The notes below the pieces were generated by a model. That model did no database searches, was not told the origin of the DNA, and worked only from the letters and a program-made list of their open reading frames with translations. The position numbers and the translations under genes are program-made. A DNA stretch of 64,000 nucleotides from Spirochaetota bacterium (GTDB lineage: Bacteria; Spirochaetota; UBA4802; UBA5550): positions 78,257-142,256 of the forward strand of contig JAJRXZ010000026.1 of the NCBI GenBank assembly GCA_024276015.1. Reading direction: 5' to 3'. Of this stretch, positions 9,156 through 19,780 are shown one piece after another (within the stretch, counting starts at the first letter, position 1; each line of letters starts with the position of its first letter).

Positions 9156-10997
9156 ATGTCTCTCAAGCTTAGAAGTTCCATATCAACCGAAGGCCGAAAA
9201 ATGGCTGGCGCAAGAAGCCTCTGGCGCGCAAATGGAATGAAAGAGGATCAATTCGGCAAGCCCATAATTGCTGTTGTAAATTCATTTACTCAATTTGTAC
9301 CGGGACATGTTCATCTCCATGAGGTCGGCCAGTATATCAAATCCATAATAAACAAAAAAGGTCTCTTTGCAGCAGAATTTAATACAATAGCCATTGACGA
9401 CGGGATCGCAATGGGCCATGACGGAATGCTCTATTCATTACCCTCGAGAGAATTAATTGCAGACAGTGTTGAATATATGTGCAATGCGCACAGAGTTGAT
9501 GCGATGATATGTGTTTCCAACTGCGATAAAATCACACCCGGTATGTTAATGGCGGCCATGCGTCTGAATATACCTGCCATATTTGTTTCAGGAGGCCCAA
9601 TGGAATCCGGAATTATCGAGGGAAATAATTACGATCTCATTGATACAATGGTTATGGCTGCAGATAAAAATATTTCTGATGAGGAGATTGAAAAAATTGA
9701 AAAGATGGCGTGCCCCACCTGCGGCTCCTGCTCCGGAATGTTTACTGCCAATTCTATGAACTGTCTGGCCGAAGCGCTCGGTCTTGCTTTGCCCGGAAAC
9801 GGAACAATTGTTGCAACCCATAAAAACAGGATGAAACTTTTTCAAAAAGCGGCAAAACGAATTGTTGAGATGACTTATCTCTATTACGAAAAAAAGGACA
9901 ACTCCATTTTACCTCGTTCAATTGCAACAAAGAGTGCCTTTTTAAATGCAATGTCCCTTGATATTGCAATGGGAGGCTCAACCAATACGATCCTGCATCT
10001 CCTTGCAATTGCAAACGAAGCTGAAGTTGATTTTTCGATGAAAGATATTGACACTTTATCGAGGAAAATACCCTGCATTAACAAGGTTGCTCCAAGCTCC
10101 TCTTACCATGTTGAAGACGTTAATCGGGCAGGCGGAATAATGTCGATCATGGGCGAACTTGACAGAGGAGGATTGATTGATACCTCTGTCAGACGGGTGG
10201 ACGCTCAAAACCTTGAGGAAATTCTTAACAAATACGACGTCATGAGGGATTCCGTTATTGACGAAGCTGTAAATAACAGTCTCAGCGCTCCTGCCCACAA
10301 GGGAAGAAACCTTGTTCTGGCTTCTCAGGATACATATTTTGAAAGCTTGGATAAAGACAGAATTAACGGCTGCATCAGAAATATTGAAAACTGTTATCAC
10401 AAAGAGGGCGGCCTTGCAGTTCTCTTCGGCAATATAGCGGAAAAAGGATGTATAGTAAAAACTGCCGGAGTTGCAGAGGATCTTTTTGTATTTAAGGGCA
10501 CGGCAAAGGTTTTCTTTTCACAGGAAAGCGCATGTGATGCCATAATCAATGGCGAAATCAAATCCGGGGATGTTGTGGTTATCAGATACGAAGGTCCCAG
10601 AGGCGGTCCCGGGATGCAGGAGATGCTCTACCCCACTTCATATATAAAATCCGTTCACTTAGACAGGGAATGCGCTCTAATAACCGACGGCAGATTTTCA
10701 GGAGGGACTTCAGGGCTCTCAATCGGGCACATATCGCCCGAAGCGGCAGCAGGAGGAAATATTGCGCTAATTGAAAATGAAGATATTATCGAAATTAATA
10801 TTCCCGGCAGATCAATAGAACTAAAAGTACCGCCCTCAATACTGGAAGAACGGCATAAAAAAGAAAAAGCAAAGGGAAAAGACGCCTTTAAACCTGCGGG
10901 ACGCATCAGGAATATTTCGAAGGCATTGAGATCTTATGCAATATTTGCCGCATCTGCAGACAAAGGGGCCGTAAAAATATTGCCGGGAGAGGAATAA
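9156..10997 (+). CDS. ilvD: Dihydroxy-acid dehydratase
   Basis: 613 aa. N-terminus ([16 protein letters not shown]) and the Fe-S cluster Cys region ([12 protein letters not shown]...CPTCGSCSG) are canonical IlvD. Confidence 0.9.
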   Translation: MSLKLRSSISTEGRKMAGARSLWRANGMKEDQFGKPIIAVVNSFTQFVPGHVHLHEVGQYIKSIINKKGLFAAEFNTIAIDDGIAMGHDGMLYSLPSRELIADSVEYMCNAHRVDAMICVSNCDKITPGMLMAAMRLNIPAIFVSGGPMESGIIEGNNYDLIDTMVMAADKNISDEEIEKIEKMACPTCGSCSGMFTANSMNCLAEALGLALPGNGTIVATHKNRMKLFQKAAKRIVEMTYLYYEKKDNSILPRSIATKSAFLNAMSLDIAMGGSTNTILHLLAIANEAEVDFSMKDIDTLSRKIPCINKVAPSSSYHVEDVNRAGGIMSIMGELDRGGLIDTSVRRVDAQNLEEILNKYDVMRDSVIDEAVNNSLSAPAHKGRNLVLASQDTYFESLDKDRINGCIRNIENCYHKEGGLAVLFGNIAEKGCIVKTAGVAEDLFVFKGTAKVFFSQESACDAIINGEIKSGDVVVIRYEGPRGGPGMQEMLYPTSYIKSVHLDRECALITDGRFSGGTSGLSIGHISPEAAAGGNIALIENEDIIEINIPGRSIELKVPPSILEERHKKEKAKGKDAFKPAGRIRNISKALRSYAIFAASADKGAVKILPGEE

Positions 10998-11001
10998 TAG
11001 T

Positions 11002-11889
11002 TTACCCCTCAACTGGCCAGGGAGACCAGTTGCCCCAGTTGTCAAGATATGACCTCATTGCAGGACTCTCATCGCTTCTCTCTTCAATAAAATTTTTTGC
11101 TCCGGAAACGATCTTCTGCTCCTTTTCGATCGATAATTCGCCAAGCAAAACCCTTGTTCTTAAAAACACAAAGTAAGTATCGAGCACATCGTGTATGCAG
11201 TAATCATTGATCTCGCGAATTTTGCCGCTAAGAAACATCTCATAGACTTCGTCTCCCTTGATTGTGGTTTTACCGGGCTTACCCATAATTTTAGCCAGCA
11301 GGTTTAAACCGCCATTCAGTTTTATGGCATTATAATTGGTAAGCCAGTCCTGAAGATCAATATGTTTTGTCCCGAAACGGAATCTGCCTGCAAATTTATC
11401 CTTAAAATGCCTTTTTGCTTTATAACCGTATCGGAATGCCATCAGTTCCAAAAGGGGGATATCAAATCCTCTTCCGTTAAATGTTATAAGCGACGAATGA
11501 TTATAAAGATCCTCAACCCCATGCCAGAATAACCTTACCATCTCACCTGTTCTGAAGCGGGGTTCGTCAAGGCATATAATATCGGATATTGTAAAATCAT
11601 CATGAACCTTTGCAACGCAGATCGAAACAGGGTACTGAAATGTTACAGGAATAAATGAAGATTTACCGTCGGTAATTTCCAGAACCTCATCCTGAAACAA
11701 TTTCACAGCGGATAACTCATCTATATCTCTGTCAGGATATTTGACCATTTTAATAAGTTTTGCATCAGGTACGGATTCAACATCAAAAACCAAATACTTA
11801 ATATTTTCATAATTCATCGGATATTCCCCGCAATACTTTTTTTTGTCATAGAAATTATGTGTTAAATTTGTAAATATATCAAAAAGCAT
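11002..11889 (-). CDS. RNase H-fold predicted 3'-5' exonuclease (PolB exonuclease-domain-like)
   Basis: 295 aa. YLVFDVESVPD motif resembling the ExoI motif of family-B polymerase exonuclease domains, plus a later acidic motif (HDVLDTYF). Convergent with ilvD. Confidence 0.4.
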   Translation of the reverse strand: MLFDIFTNLTHNFYDKKKYCGEYPMNYENIKYLVFDVESVPDAKLIKMVKYPDRDIDELSAVKLFQDEVLEITDGKSSFIPVTFQYPVSICVAKVHDDFTISDIICLDEPRFRTGEMVRLFWHGVEDLYNHSSLITFNGRGFDIPLLELMAFRYGYKAKRHFKDKFAGRFRFGTKHIDLQDWLTNYNAIKLNGGLNLLAKIMGKPGKTTIKGDEVYEMFLSGKIREINDYCIHDVLDTYFVFLRTRVLLGELSIEKEQKIVSGAKNFIEERSDESPAMRSYLDNWGNWSPWPVEG

Positions 11890-12060
11890 CGATTTTGTCC
11901 CTTGACAAAGGGCAAAATCCTGATCAAATCATATACCGATTCATTTAATATGGAAATTTTCAGTGATGATCGGTATAATATTTAACATTTGTCAAAAAGA
12001 AAAAAGCATGCCACTGAAAAAATGACATGCCCTTTATATAATTCTATATAATAAAATTAT

Positions 12061-12513
12061 TTATTTACCCTTTAATTTCTCTTCCATTTTTTTCAGGAAG
12101 TCCTGAATAAAGGGGTCGCTCTCACTTTCCTTGACTTTTTTTATTGTATCGTATGATTTTTTTGAACCGATCCGAAAGGTTGTCAATACGGCAGCATATC
12201 TGACATTGGAACTGGAATCGTTTAAGAGAACTTTATTAATTGAATCAACAGCGCTCTCTTCGCCAATATAACCCAGCGCCATTACGGCATGGAGCCTGAC
12301 ATTTTCCCTGCTGTCATTTAACAGTTTAATTAATTTCGGCACTGCATCCTTCTCTTCTTGCTTGCCCATATAATCTGCCGCTTCAACAATTAATTTTTCA
12401 TCTTTGGCAGGATTAAGATCTTTCATATAATCTTCGGCGGACTTTTTCTTGTCAGCGCCAACCAAAGCAGTTGCCATCAATATTGTTATAAAAGTAAAAA
12501 CAATCCTTTTCAT
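12061..12513 (-). CDS. Secreted HEAT/PBS-lyase-like repeat protein
   Basis: 150 aa. Signal peptide (MKRIVFTFITILMATALVGA). Repeated 'ESAVDSINKVLLNDSSSNVR(Y/L)(A/H)AV' HEAT-like units. Confidence 0.45.
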   Translation of the reverse strand: MKRIVFTFITILMATALVGADKKKSAEDYMKDLNPAKDEKLIVEAADYMGKQEEKDAVPKLIKLLNDSRENVRLHAVMALGYIGEESAVDSINKVLLNDSSSNVRYAAVLTTFRIGSKKSYDTIKKVKESESDPFIQDFLKKMEEKLKGK

Positions 12514-12712
12514 TTTTTTCTCCGATTTAATTTAATAATTACAAAGAATACACTTCTTTACTACTAAACATATTATATGTCAATAATTTTTAATCGAGTT
12601 TGCTTTAAATTTCAATAAAATTGTTTACAATGAGTGCTCAAATTATAAGATGAATTAAATTTTAATAATTCCTTAGACGAAACAGTATAATCAGGATTAA
12701 CAGGGAAAAGAT

Positions 12713-14164
12713 ATGGTTGATCATGAAGAGATAAAAAACGATGATTTTGAGGAGATGCTTAATAAATCGCTCACCAACATTGACAACTTTAAAACGGGAC
12801 AACAATTGGAGGGCGAAGTTGTATATATAGACAGAGAAAACGTTTTCCTTGATATTTCAGGCAAAAGCGAAGCAATAATTGCTGTTACTGAATTTACCGA
12901 CAAAGACGGCAGGATCTCTGTTAAGGAAGGAGAAAAGGTCACTGCTTTTGTTGTTTCAACCGGAGGCGGCGAGATCGAACTTACCACTGCCATAGGAAAA
13001 AGCCGCATAAATATAAGACTTCTGGAAATAGCCTATGCAAAGTCCATACCTGTACACGGCACTGTAAAAAAACTGATAAAGGGCGGTTTTTCAGTATCGG
13101 TTTCAGATCTTCGCTGTTTCTGCCCTCTTTCACAAATTGATAAGAAGACCCCGCACCAACCTGAAGAGTACATTAACAGATCCTTTGATTTTAAAATTAT
13201 CCGGCTTGAAAACGACGGGAAAAATATCGTTCTATCCAGAAATGCGATTCTTAAAGAAGAAAAAAACCGCGCCATTAATGAGATGAGAAACTCAGTAAAA
13301 GCGGGAGATACCGTTGCCGGAAAAGTTATTTCAATCCGCGATTTCGGGCTCTTTGTCGATATTGGCGGAATCGACGCACTGGTTCCCAGATCCGAAATTT
13401 CATGGAGCAGATTTGCAGATATTAACTCTTTCAGTGAAGGTCAGGAGGTCACCGCAAAAATATTATCCTTGGACTGGGATAACGAAAAGATCACACTCAG
13501 TATAAAACAGCTCCAACCGGAACCATGGGCTCATATTGACAAATTTCATACAGGAAACAACTATAACGGCAGAATAACAAACATTATTAAACAGGGAGCC
13601 TTTGTTGAACTCGAACCGGGGCTTGAGGGTTTCATCCATATATCGGGAATGAGTAAAATAAAAAGGGTCAACAATCCCGAAGAGGTGTTGACAATTGGCG
13701 ACACTGTAAATATAAAAATAATAAACATCGATCCGGAAAACAGGAAGATGTCCCTTGAACTTATAACCGGGGAAGCTGACCCGTGGCAGCTGCCTCCGGA
13801 TGAGCTTAAAAATGAAGTTCACAAAGGAATAGTTGAAATATCGGGAAAATCCGGAATCACCGTAAGACTTACAAACGGGATGTCAGGTTTTATACCGCGA
13901 AATGAACTGTCTGAACAGAATAAGGGCGATCTTCAAAAAATGTATCCGGCGGGCAGAGAAGTGTCGGTAATTGTGAAAGAGATAAATATAGAAAAGAAAA
14001 ATTTGATCTTAAGTGAAAAGGACGCTGCAAACCGGATTATAAATAAAGAATATGAGGAGTATTCCAATAAGAACCGGCCTTCCGATTCATCGTCACTGGG
14101 CGCTCAATTTAAAGATAAGTTTTTAGAATTACAGGAAAAGATCAGCAGAGCAGATGATGATTAA
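12713..14164 (+). CDS. rpsA: 30S ribosomal protein S1 (multi-S1-domain RNA-binding protein)
   Basis: 483 aa. The N-terminus (FEEMLNKSL...KTGQQLEGEVVYIDRENVFLDISGKSEAII) mirrors the RpsA N-terminus. At least four S1 repeats (e.g. GDTVAGKVISIRDFGLFVDIGG). Confidence 0.7.
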   Translation: MVDHEEIKNDDFEEMLNKSLTNIDNFKTGQQLEGEVVYIDRENVFLDISGKSEAIIAVTEFTDKDGRISVKEGEKVTAFVVSTGGGEIELTTAIGKSRINIRLLEIAYAKSIPVHGTVKKLIKGGFSVSVSDLRCFCPLSQIDKKTPHQPEEYINRSFDFKIIRLENDGKNIVLSRNAILKEEKNRAINEMRNSVKAGDTVAGKVISIRDFGLFVDIGGIDALVPRSEISWSRFADINSFSEGQEVTAKILSLDWDNEKITLSIKQLQPEPWAHIDKFHTGNNYNGRITNIIKQGAFVELEPGLEGFIHISGMSKIKRVNNPEEVLTIGDTVNIKIINIDPENRKMSLELITGEADPWQLPPDELKNEVHKGIVEISGKSGITVRLTNGMSGFIPRNELSEQNKGDLQKMYPAGREVSVIVKEINIEKKNLILSEKDAANRIINKEYEEYSNKNRPSDSSSLGAQFKDKFLELQEKISRADDD

Positions 14165-14510
14165 GCTAAAAAACGGGAAAAATGTCCAATACAATGATAA
14201 CTTTGATATTTTTTTTAAAAATTTGATGGAAGCAATAATATATGAATCTAAAAATGCGGCTCTCGAAGAGAACAGTGAAAATGAAACGGATAATATCGAC
14301 GAATTAAACGAACTCTTTTTAAAGGAAATAATGGATAACTGTATTTATGTTACTCACCAGTTATTCGAAATATTAAAGACCAACGAAGACCTTTCAAAAT
14401 TTGTTGTTACCGGTTTCATCTTTAACAGCATCATGATATTAATTTCTCAATCGAACTTTGGTATCTTGGATAACCTGAAAGAAAAAGAGAAAAAGAACAA
14501 TATTCACTGA
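14154..14510 (+). CDS. Small acidic hypothetical protein, translationally coupled to rpsA
   Basis: 118 aa. Its start overlaps the rpsA stop (gATGATGATTAA). No recognisable domain. Confidence 0.3.
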   Translation: MMIKLKNGKNVQYNDNFDIFFKNLMEAIIYESKNAALEENSENETDNIDELNELFLKEIMDNCIYVTHQLFEILKTNEDLSKFVVTGFIFNSIMILISQSNFGILDNLKEKEKKNNIH

Positions 14511-15452
14511 CTAAAGCATATCAATCAGCTCTTTAAATCTCTCACTGTCAAGCATCCTCGAAAATTTATCGGATATTTTTTTTAGATCGTCATTCTTCGA
14601 CACTGTTAATTTAAGAACAATTGTGTCTCTTTCAAAAAAATCGGGGAACTGAAGCGCTGTTCTGTTGTCTGACAATTCTTTAATGATCCTACGGGCATTT
14701 TCTTTTTTTCGGGAGTAATGAGGATATCTCAATCTGAAAATCGATTCAAAAAGATATTCCTCGAATTTCCTTCTGTTTTCACAATTGCCGCAAGCAATAT
14801 TTATAATTTCATCATGATTGTTGTCCCTTCTGATTATGTCATAGATCATGTCGGTGATCTCTTTGAATATATTCACTCTTACAAGGCCCGCATTGATCCA
14901 TCTGCAAAGCGACGACTGAACCCTGGCCGGAAGTCTTATTATTTTCTTCAAAATTTTATAGCTTAGATCCTTTAAATCTGCGTAATCCCTAATGACCCGG
15001 GGCAGCTGAACAATCCGATCCATAACAGATCCATCCGAAAAAATCATTTCCGGAATTATGGCGCTTTCTCTTATTATTTCCTCAATTTCTTTGCAGCTCA
15101 TGGAAAAATAATTTTTAAGGATCAGTATAAATTTTATCTTCCCCACAGGGCCGATCTCGCCTCTTAGAATTTTAAGGAGATTATACTTTATATAATGACC
15201 TCTTTCCACCCTATCAACAGTAAGAGCATCAACATAATTTCCCCCGAGTTTTTTTATGGCATTAATTCTGTTAAAACCAGATACAATAATATATTTATCT
15301 TTAACTCCAAGAAGTACCGGAGGTTCAAGAAGACCAACCGCTTTTATTGAATTAATCATTTTATCTTCATTTAATTTTTTTGTTATTTGAAAATAACTAT
15401 CCTTATGGTCAATAAGAGCGATCTTAATTTTCTTTACAGGATATTTAAACAT
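14511..15452 (-). CDS. ParB/sulfiredoxin-fold (ParB-like nuclease domain) protein
   Basis: 313 aa. N-terminal ParB-N-like region (NSIKAVGLLEPPVLL...YIIVSGFNRINAIKKLGG, where GFNR occupies the GERR box position). A C-terminal CxxC pair (CGNC). Co-oriented directly downstream of the TPR-Mrr gene. Confidence 0.45.
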   Translation of the reverse strand: MFKYPVKKIKIALIDHKDSYFQITKKLNEDKMINSIKAVGLLEPPVLLGVKDKYIIVSGFNRINAIKKLGGNYVDALTVDRVERGHYIKYNLLKILRGEIGPVGKIKFILILKNYFSMSCKEIEEIIRESAIIPEMIFSDGSVMDRIVQLPRVIRDYADLKDLSYKILKKIIRLPARVQSSLCRWINAGLVRVNIFKEITDMIYDIIRRDNNHDEIINIACGNCENRRKFEEYLFESIFRLRYPHYSRKKENARRIIKELSDNRTALQFPDFFERDTIVLKLTVSKNDDLKKISDKFSRMLDSERFKELIDML

Positions 15453-15516
15453 AACTATTTAATAAACTCTCAGGTTCTCTCTGTTGATCCGTTTAATAGA
15501 TTTAAGACACCTAATA

Positions 15517-17094
15517 TCAGAGCATTCCCATAAGAAGATCGCCAAGACGTTCCGGGTAGATAACTTTTACCTTTGAAAGCCTTTTTAAAGAAGCCTCGGC
15601 AGGCGCATTCAATTCCGTAGTAGTAATAAAAAGTCCTTCGGCAGCTTTAAAGTCATTGATTGCCTGAGCAAAATTTCTCAGAGGAATTTCCCCTACTTTG
15701 GTTCCTTTCCATCTTCTTACCCAGATCAATGCGGTCTTATTTGTTGAAGTATTTTTTGCCAGAAAGTCCACACCGTCGGAATCCCTGTAGGTATTTAATA
15801 TTTCTTCAACATTATATCCCAGTTTATGAACTATTCTGTTGGCGACGATCCTGAAATTCTCAAGGTCTATTTCGAGGAACCTCTCCATTGCCTCTGCCGG
15901 ATCAGAACTGCTCTTACCGCCGGACGAGGTTAATGCCGCTCCTTTGCCGGAGCTGATCCTTGATACAATGCGAATGCTCTTTAAGTCAATTTCCCGGTCG
16001 CTTTTCAGACCGCATATCTTCCATAAGTAGTTTTCAGGAAAAGCGTCCTTTATCCAGTTTTCCACATGATCCGAAGCAGACTCGATATTGGGATCCGGCT
16101 TCATCGATCTTAAATTTTCCATCTCTTTTCTTAGGATAGTGACCATTCTCTGTACATTTTTATAATTCCTGTCAATCTGATAAGCCTGATTCCAGTAATC
16201 ATACGCCATATCGGTTTTTTCAGCTCTTATACATACAAAACCAAGATCATACAGGATGGCGCACTTTTCATCTTTCATATCATTTTTGCCGGTAAAGTCC
16301 AAAATATCCTGAAACATTTCAAGAGCCTCTTTATATCTTTCGCTTTGAGTAAGAATAACTCCAACCAGTCTTTTGGCAATAAAAATTGCATTATTATCTT
16401 CCGAATTGTCTATAACCATTTGAAGATATTTTACTGCAGTTTTAAAATCACGCTTCCTTTGCAAGGCAAAACCAATTGCAATATTACCTATATCGGAATG
16501 AGGCTCCAAAGCCAAAGCCTCTTTGAAATACTTTACAGAATCATTAATTTTCTGTTCCTGATAACTGGCAATACCGGCTCCGAAAAGGATCTCAAAACTC
16601 TTCTTCTGCACTTTAACCAGCCTGTCAAAATGTTTGTTTGCGAATTCAAACAATTCCTGCCCAAGTGATATAAAAGAGACATAATAAAGGGCATCCTCAT
16701 CATTGGGATATATGTTCAGTATATCAAGGAATATCTGAAAAGCATTTTCAACCTCGTCCCTGAACAGGTACGCTTTGCCAAGAGTTCTTAAAACATCGGT
16801 TTTATCAACTTCAAAATTGAACTTGTTAATATTCAATATGTCTTCAAAATGTATTATACCCTGATCGATCTTATTCTGATCAAAATATAACTGCCCCAGC
16901 CTGTAATGCACAAGAGAATTCATCGGGTCATTTTCCAGGATCTTTCTGTATTCTATTATTGCCTCTTCTATCATATTCTGTTTAACAAAATTCTGGGCTT
17001 TATTCAGCGGGTTTAACCTCGGCTCCAGATAATAGATATAATATACAATGGCGCCGAGAATAATGATGAGTGGAATTAAGTAGTAAACTGACAT
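15517..17094 (-). CDS. Membrane-anchored TPR-repeat protein with a C-terminal Mrr-type (PD-(D/E)xK) restriction endonuclease domain
   Basis: 525 aa. N-terminal TM helix (YYLIPLIIILGAIVYYIYYL). About 8 TPR units (YRLGQLYFDQNKIDQGIIHFEDIL...). A Ser/Gly linker, then an Mrr_cat-like C-terminus (DGVDFLAK...ALIWVRRWKG...GLFITTTE). Confidence 0.55.
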   Translation of the reverse strand: MSVYYLIPLIIILGAIVYYIYYLEPRLNPLNKAQNFVKQNMIEEAIIEYRKILENDPMNSLVHYRLGQLYFDQNKIDQGIIHFEDILNINKFNFEVDKTDVLRTLGKAYLFRDEVENAFQIFLDILNIYPNDEDALYYVSFISLGQELFEFANKHFDRLVKVQKKSFEILFGAGIASYQEQKINDSVKYFKEALALEPHSDIGNIAIGFALQRKRDFKTAVKYLQMVIDNSEDNNAIFIAKRLVGVILTQSERYKEALEMFQDILDFTGKNDMKDEKCAILYDLGFVCIRAEKTDMAYDYWNQAYQIDRNYKNVQRMVTILRKEMENLRSMKPDPNIESASDHVENWIKDAFPENYLWKICGLKSDREIDLKSIRIVSRISSGKGAALTSSGGKSSSDPAEAMERFLEIDLENFRIVANRIVHKLGYNVEEILNTYRDSDGVDFLAKNTSTNKTALIWVRRWKGTKVGEIPLRNFAQAINDFKAAEGLFITTTELNAPAEASLKRLSKVKVIYPERLGDLLMGML

Positions 17095-17240
17095 ATTATT
17101 ACCGCATTATATTATTATACATTATATAAATCGACATTTGCCCGATTAAAGATGAAAGATTAATTTCCAATCTGAAATTGACTTGCAATCATTTGTTTTT
17201 AAATCTATAATGCAAAAAAAGGTTAAAACCGGCAACTCCC

Positions 17241-18938
17241 ATGAACGAAAAGACAATTACAGGCTTGATCAATAATACGGCATTACTTATAACCCTTGGT
17301 CTGATCTACGATTCTTTAATGTTAAATCGTTATTGGGGGAGGCTTCATCTTAAGATAATCGGAGGATTTCTTTTCGGCCTTATAGGCATTGCTGTTATGA
17401 AGACTCCCTTGGAATTTATGCCTGGCATCATTTTCGACACCAGATCAATATTGATAAGCGTCGGCGGCTATTTCCTTGGACCCATCCCTGCAGCAATAGC
17501 AATGATAATGACTTCTGCTCTTCGTATTTACCATGGCGGAACCGGAATGTGGACGGGAGTTGCAGTAATAATTACATCAGGATCAATAGGTTTAACTTGG
17601 AGATATTTACGGCGAAATCGTTCGGACATAATAAGTATGCCGGAACTGTATCTTCTCGGGATCGTTGTACATGCTGCAATGCTTTTATTGATGTTATCTC
17701 TGCCATGGCCAATTGCCAAAAAAGTTTTATCTGATATAGGAGTGCCTGTTATGATAATTTATCCGGCAGGCACCGTTCTTCTTGGAAAATTTTTGACGAT
17801 AACTATGATGCGCAAACAGGCAGAGGACATTATCATAGAAAAGAACGAAGAACTTCAAGCAGCAAACGAAGAATTGCAATCCGCTATGGAAGAGTTGGAA
17901 ACCACCAATGAAGAACTCACAACAACACAGATTGAGCTTGAGCAAAACGAAAAGCAATACCGCACATTATTTACGGAAATGCACGACGGATATGCGCTGA
18001 AAGAGATAATCTATGACAATAGCGGCAGCCCCATTGACTATCGTTTCATAGATATAAATCCTGCTTTTGAAAAACTTACCGGTCTTACCAGAGATATTAT
18101 AGGTAAAACCGTACTTGAAATATATCCGGATATTGAGCAGATCTGGATCAACATCTCCGAAGAAGTGGCCCTTACTGGAAAGTCAAAACAATTTGAAAAC
18201 TATATGAAAAAACTTGATAAGTGGCTGGAAGTAACAGCTTTCAGGCCCACTGAGAATCAGCTTGCATCTATTTTAAGAGATATTACGGAACGGAAAAAAG
18301 CCGATGAACGGATCAAATTGTCCCTCAGAGAAAAAGAGACTCTCTTACAGGAAGTACATCACCGTGTAAAAAACAATATGCAGGTTATAACAAGCCTTCT
18401 GAACCTCCAGGCATGTAAAATTAAAGATAAAAAGGCCCGTGAACCTTTCATAACTTGCGAAAACAGAATCCGCTCCATGGCGCTGGTACATGACAAACTT
18501 TATAATTCAAAAGACATGACATCTATCAATTTCAACGATTATATAAATAATCTTGTCAATGAGATATTCAGTTCCAGCATCAGATCCAGGAATAACATCA
18601 AATCATCTATTAATACAAATAACATATCTTTAACGGTTGAAAAGGCAATCCCAACAGGCCTGATAATTACAGAACTTGTATCTAATGCGCTGAAACATGC
18701 ATTTAAGGAAGAAAAGGACGGTATGATCGCCATTGATTTTGTAAAAAGTAAAGCCGGGAATTATATTCTCACTGTGCAGGATAACGGCATAGGCCTTCCC
18801 GATGACTTTGATACCAGAAAAGAAGAATCATTGGGATATCAACTTGTTAATGCATTAACAACACAGCTGAATGGCAAGATAGAAATTTTCAGAGAAAATG
18901 GGACCAAAATTACGATCATTTTCCCTTCACCAGATTGA
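17241..18938 (+). CDS. Sensor histidine kinase: polytopic membrane N-domain, coiled-coil, PAS, HisKA_2-type phosphoacceptor, HATPase
   Basis: 565 aa. 5-6 N-terminal TM helices. Heptad coiled-coil (ELQAANEELQSAMEELETTNEEL). A PAS-like segment. H-box EVHHRVKNNMQVITSLLNLQ (HisKA_2/HWE style). C-terminal GHKL ATPase (DNGIGLP). Confidence 0.7.
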   Translation: MNEKTITGLINNTALLITLGLIYDSLMLNRYWGRLHLKIIGGFLFGLIGIAVMKTPLEFMPGIIFDTRSILISVGGYFLGPIPAAIAMIMTSALRIYHGGTGMWTGVAVIITSGSIGLTWRYLRRNRSDIISMPELYLLGIVVHAAMLLLMLSLPWPIAKKVLSDIGVPVMIIYPAGTVLLGKFLTITMMRKQAEDIIIEKNEELQAANEELQSAMEELETTNEELTTTQIELEQNEKQYRTLFTEMHDGYALKEIIYDNSGSPIDYRFIDINPAFEKLTGLTRDIIGKTVLEIYPDIEQIWINISEEVALTGKSKQFENYMKKLDKWLEVTAFRPTENQLASILRDITERKKADERIKLSLREKETLLQEVHHRVKNNMQVITSLLNLQACKIKDKKAREPFITCENRIRSMALVHDKLYNSKDMTSINFNDYINNLVNEIFSSSIRSRNNIKSSINTNNISLTVEKAIPTGLIITELVSNALKHAFKEEKDGMIAIDFVKSKAGNYILTVQDNGIGLPDDFDTRKEESLGYQLVNALTTQLNGKIEIFRENGTKITIIFPSPD

Positions 18939-19012
18939 CCCTATAAGTATAATATAAAGGATTCCACCCGGTAACAGGCGGAATCATCTTATCAGGCTAT
19001 AAATGCGGCTTT

Positions 19013-19237
19013 TTAATCATCTATTTCAACAATTTCCGCATCAGGAGCATTCTTCTTTATGGATTCAATTCCGTTTAAACATCCGCTCTTAGAGGTATAA
19101 CCTTCTCCTACGGCAATGATTTCTCCATTTGCTGCTTTCAAACGAAATCTGTACTCTCCTTTTTTATCCTTATATACTTCGAATTTACCTGCCATATTTT
19201 CCTCCAAATATATTAATTTTATTATTAAATATCTCAC
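19013..19237 (-). CDS. YegP/UPF0339 (DUF1508) family small protein
   Basis: 74 aa. The FEVYKDKKGEYRFRLKAANGEIIAVGEGYTSKSG pattern is diagnostic of the YegP repeat. Confidence 0.55.
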   Translation of the reverse strand: MRYLIIKLIYLEENMAGKFEVYKDKKGEYRFRLKAANGEIIAVGEGYTSKSGCLNGIESIKKNAPDAEIVEIDD

Positions 19238-19484
19238 TTTCTGATTATTTTGTCAATAACTAAGATTTTTTTTCTGATATTTGATACTTTTCTTTTACAG
19301 ATTTCATTAATTCTTCACAATGCAGAGGTCTTTCTTTCCGATTCTCCAATGGTAACTTCTTCTTGAACACCTCCCTAAAATCTGCCTCACATCAAATAAA
19401 ATTTATATTTCCGGCACCATTAATCCGATACTTATTATGCAATATACATTAACTCTGCCGAGACAATTAATTAAGGAAACTGCA

Positions 19485-19682
19485 ATGTATTTTTTTTCCG
19501 ACAGGAGATATTTTAACAGGAGAGTATCCGAAAGAAGAATTGCCAATGATTATACAATCGACATTGACAGACGAATTGCTCACAGAAGGTCCAACAAAGA
19601 CAGAAGAATATTCAATAAAGGCATAGCCTACAGAAATAGTCTGAAGACAAGATATCCCAACAGGCACAGGAACTATTTTTAA
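19485..19682 (+). CDS. Possible small, highly basic tandem-repeat peptide ((D/E)RR-x3-RR units)
   Basis: Inner ATG at 19485 with an upstream aagga. 65 aa containing DRRYFNRR / ERRIANDY / DRRIAHRR / DRRIFNKG octad repeats. An antisense ORF overlaps it, so its coding status is uncertain. Confidence 0.25.
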   Translation: MYFFSDRRYFNRRVSERRIANDYTIDIDRRIAHRRSNKDRRIFNKGIAYRNSLKTRYPNRHRNYF

Positions 19683-19780
19683 AACAATTACTTCATACTC
19701 AACTTGCTCTGACCCGAAACGGGAGATCCGTACAAGAAGGTCAACTGATAAAAAAACATTCAAGACCACTGTAAACAGAA

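Noticed and set aside
18939-19012. Hairpin gattccaccc-ggtaaca-ggcggaatc between the kinase and YegP genes as a terminator
   Set aside because: The stem has a mismatch and is not followed by a U-tract on either strand. Insufficient evidence.
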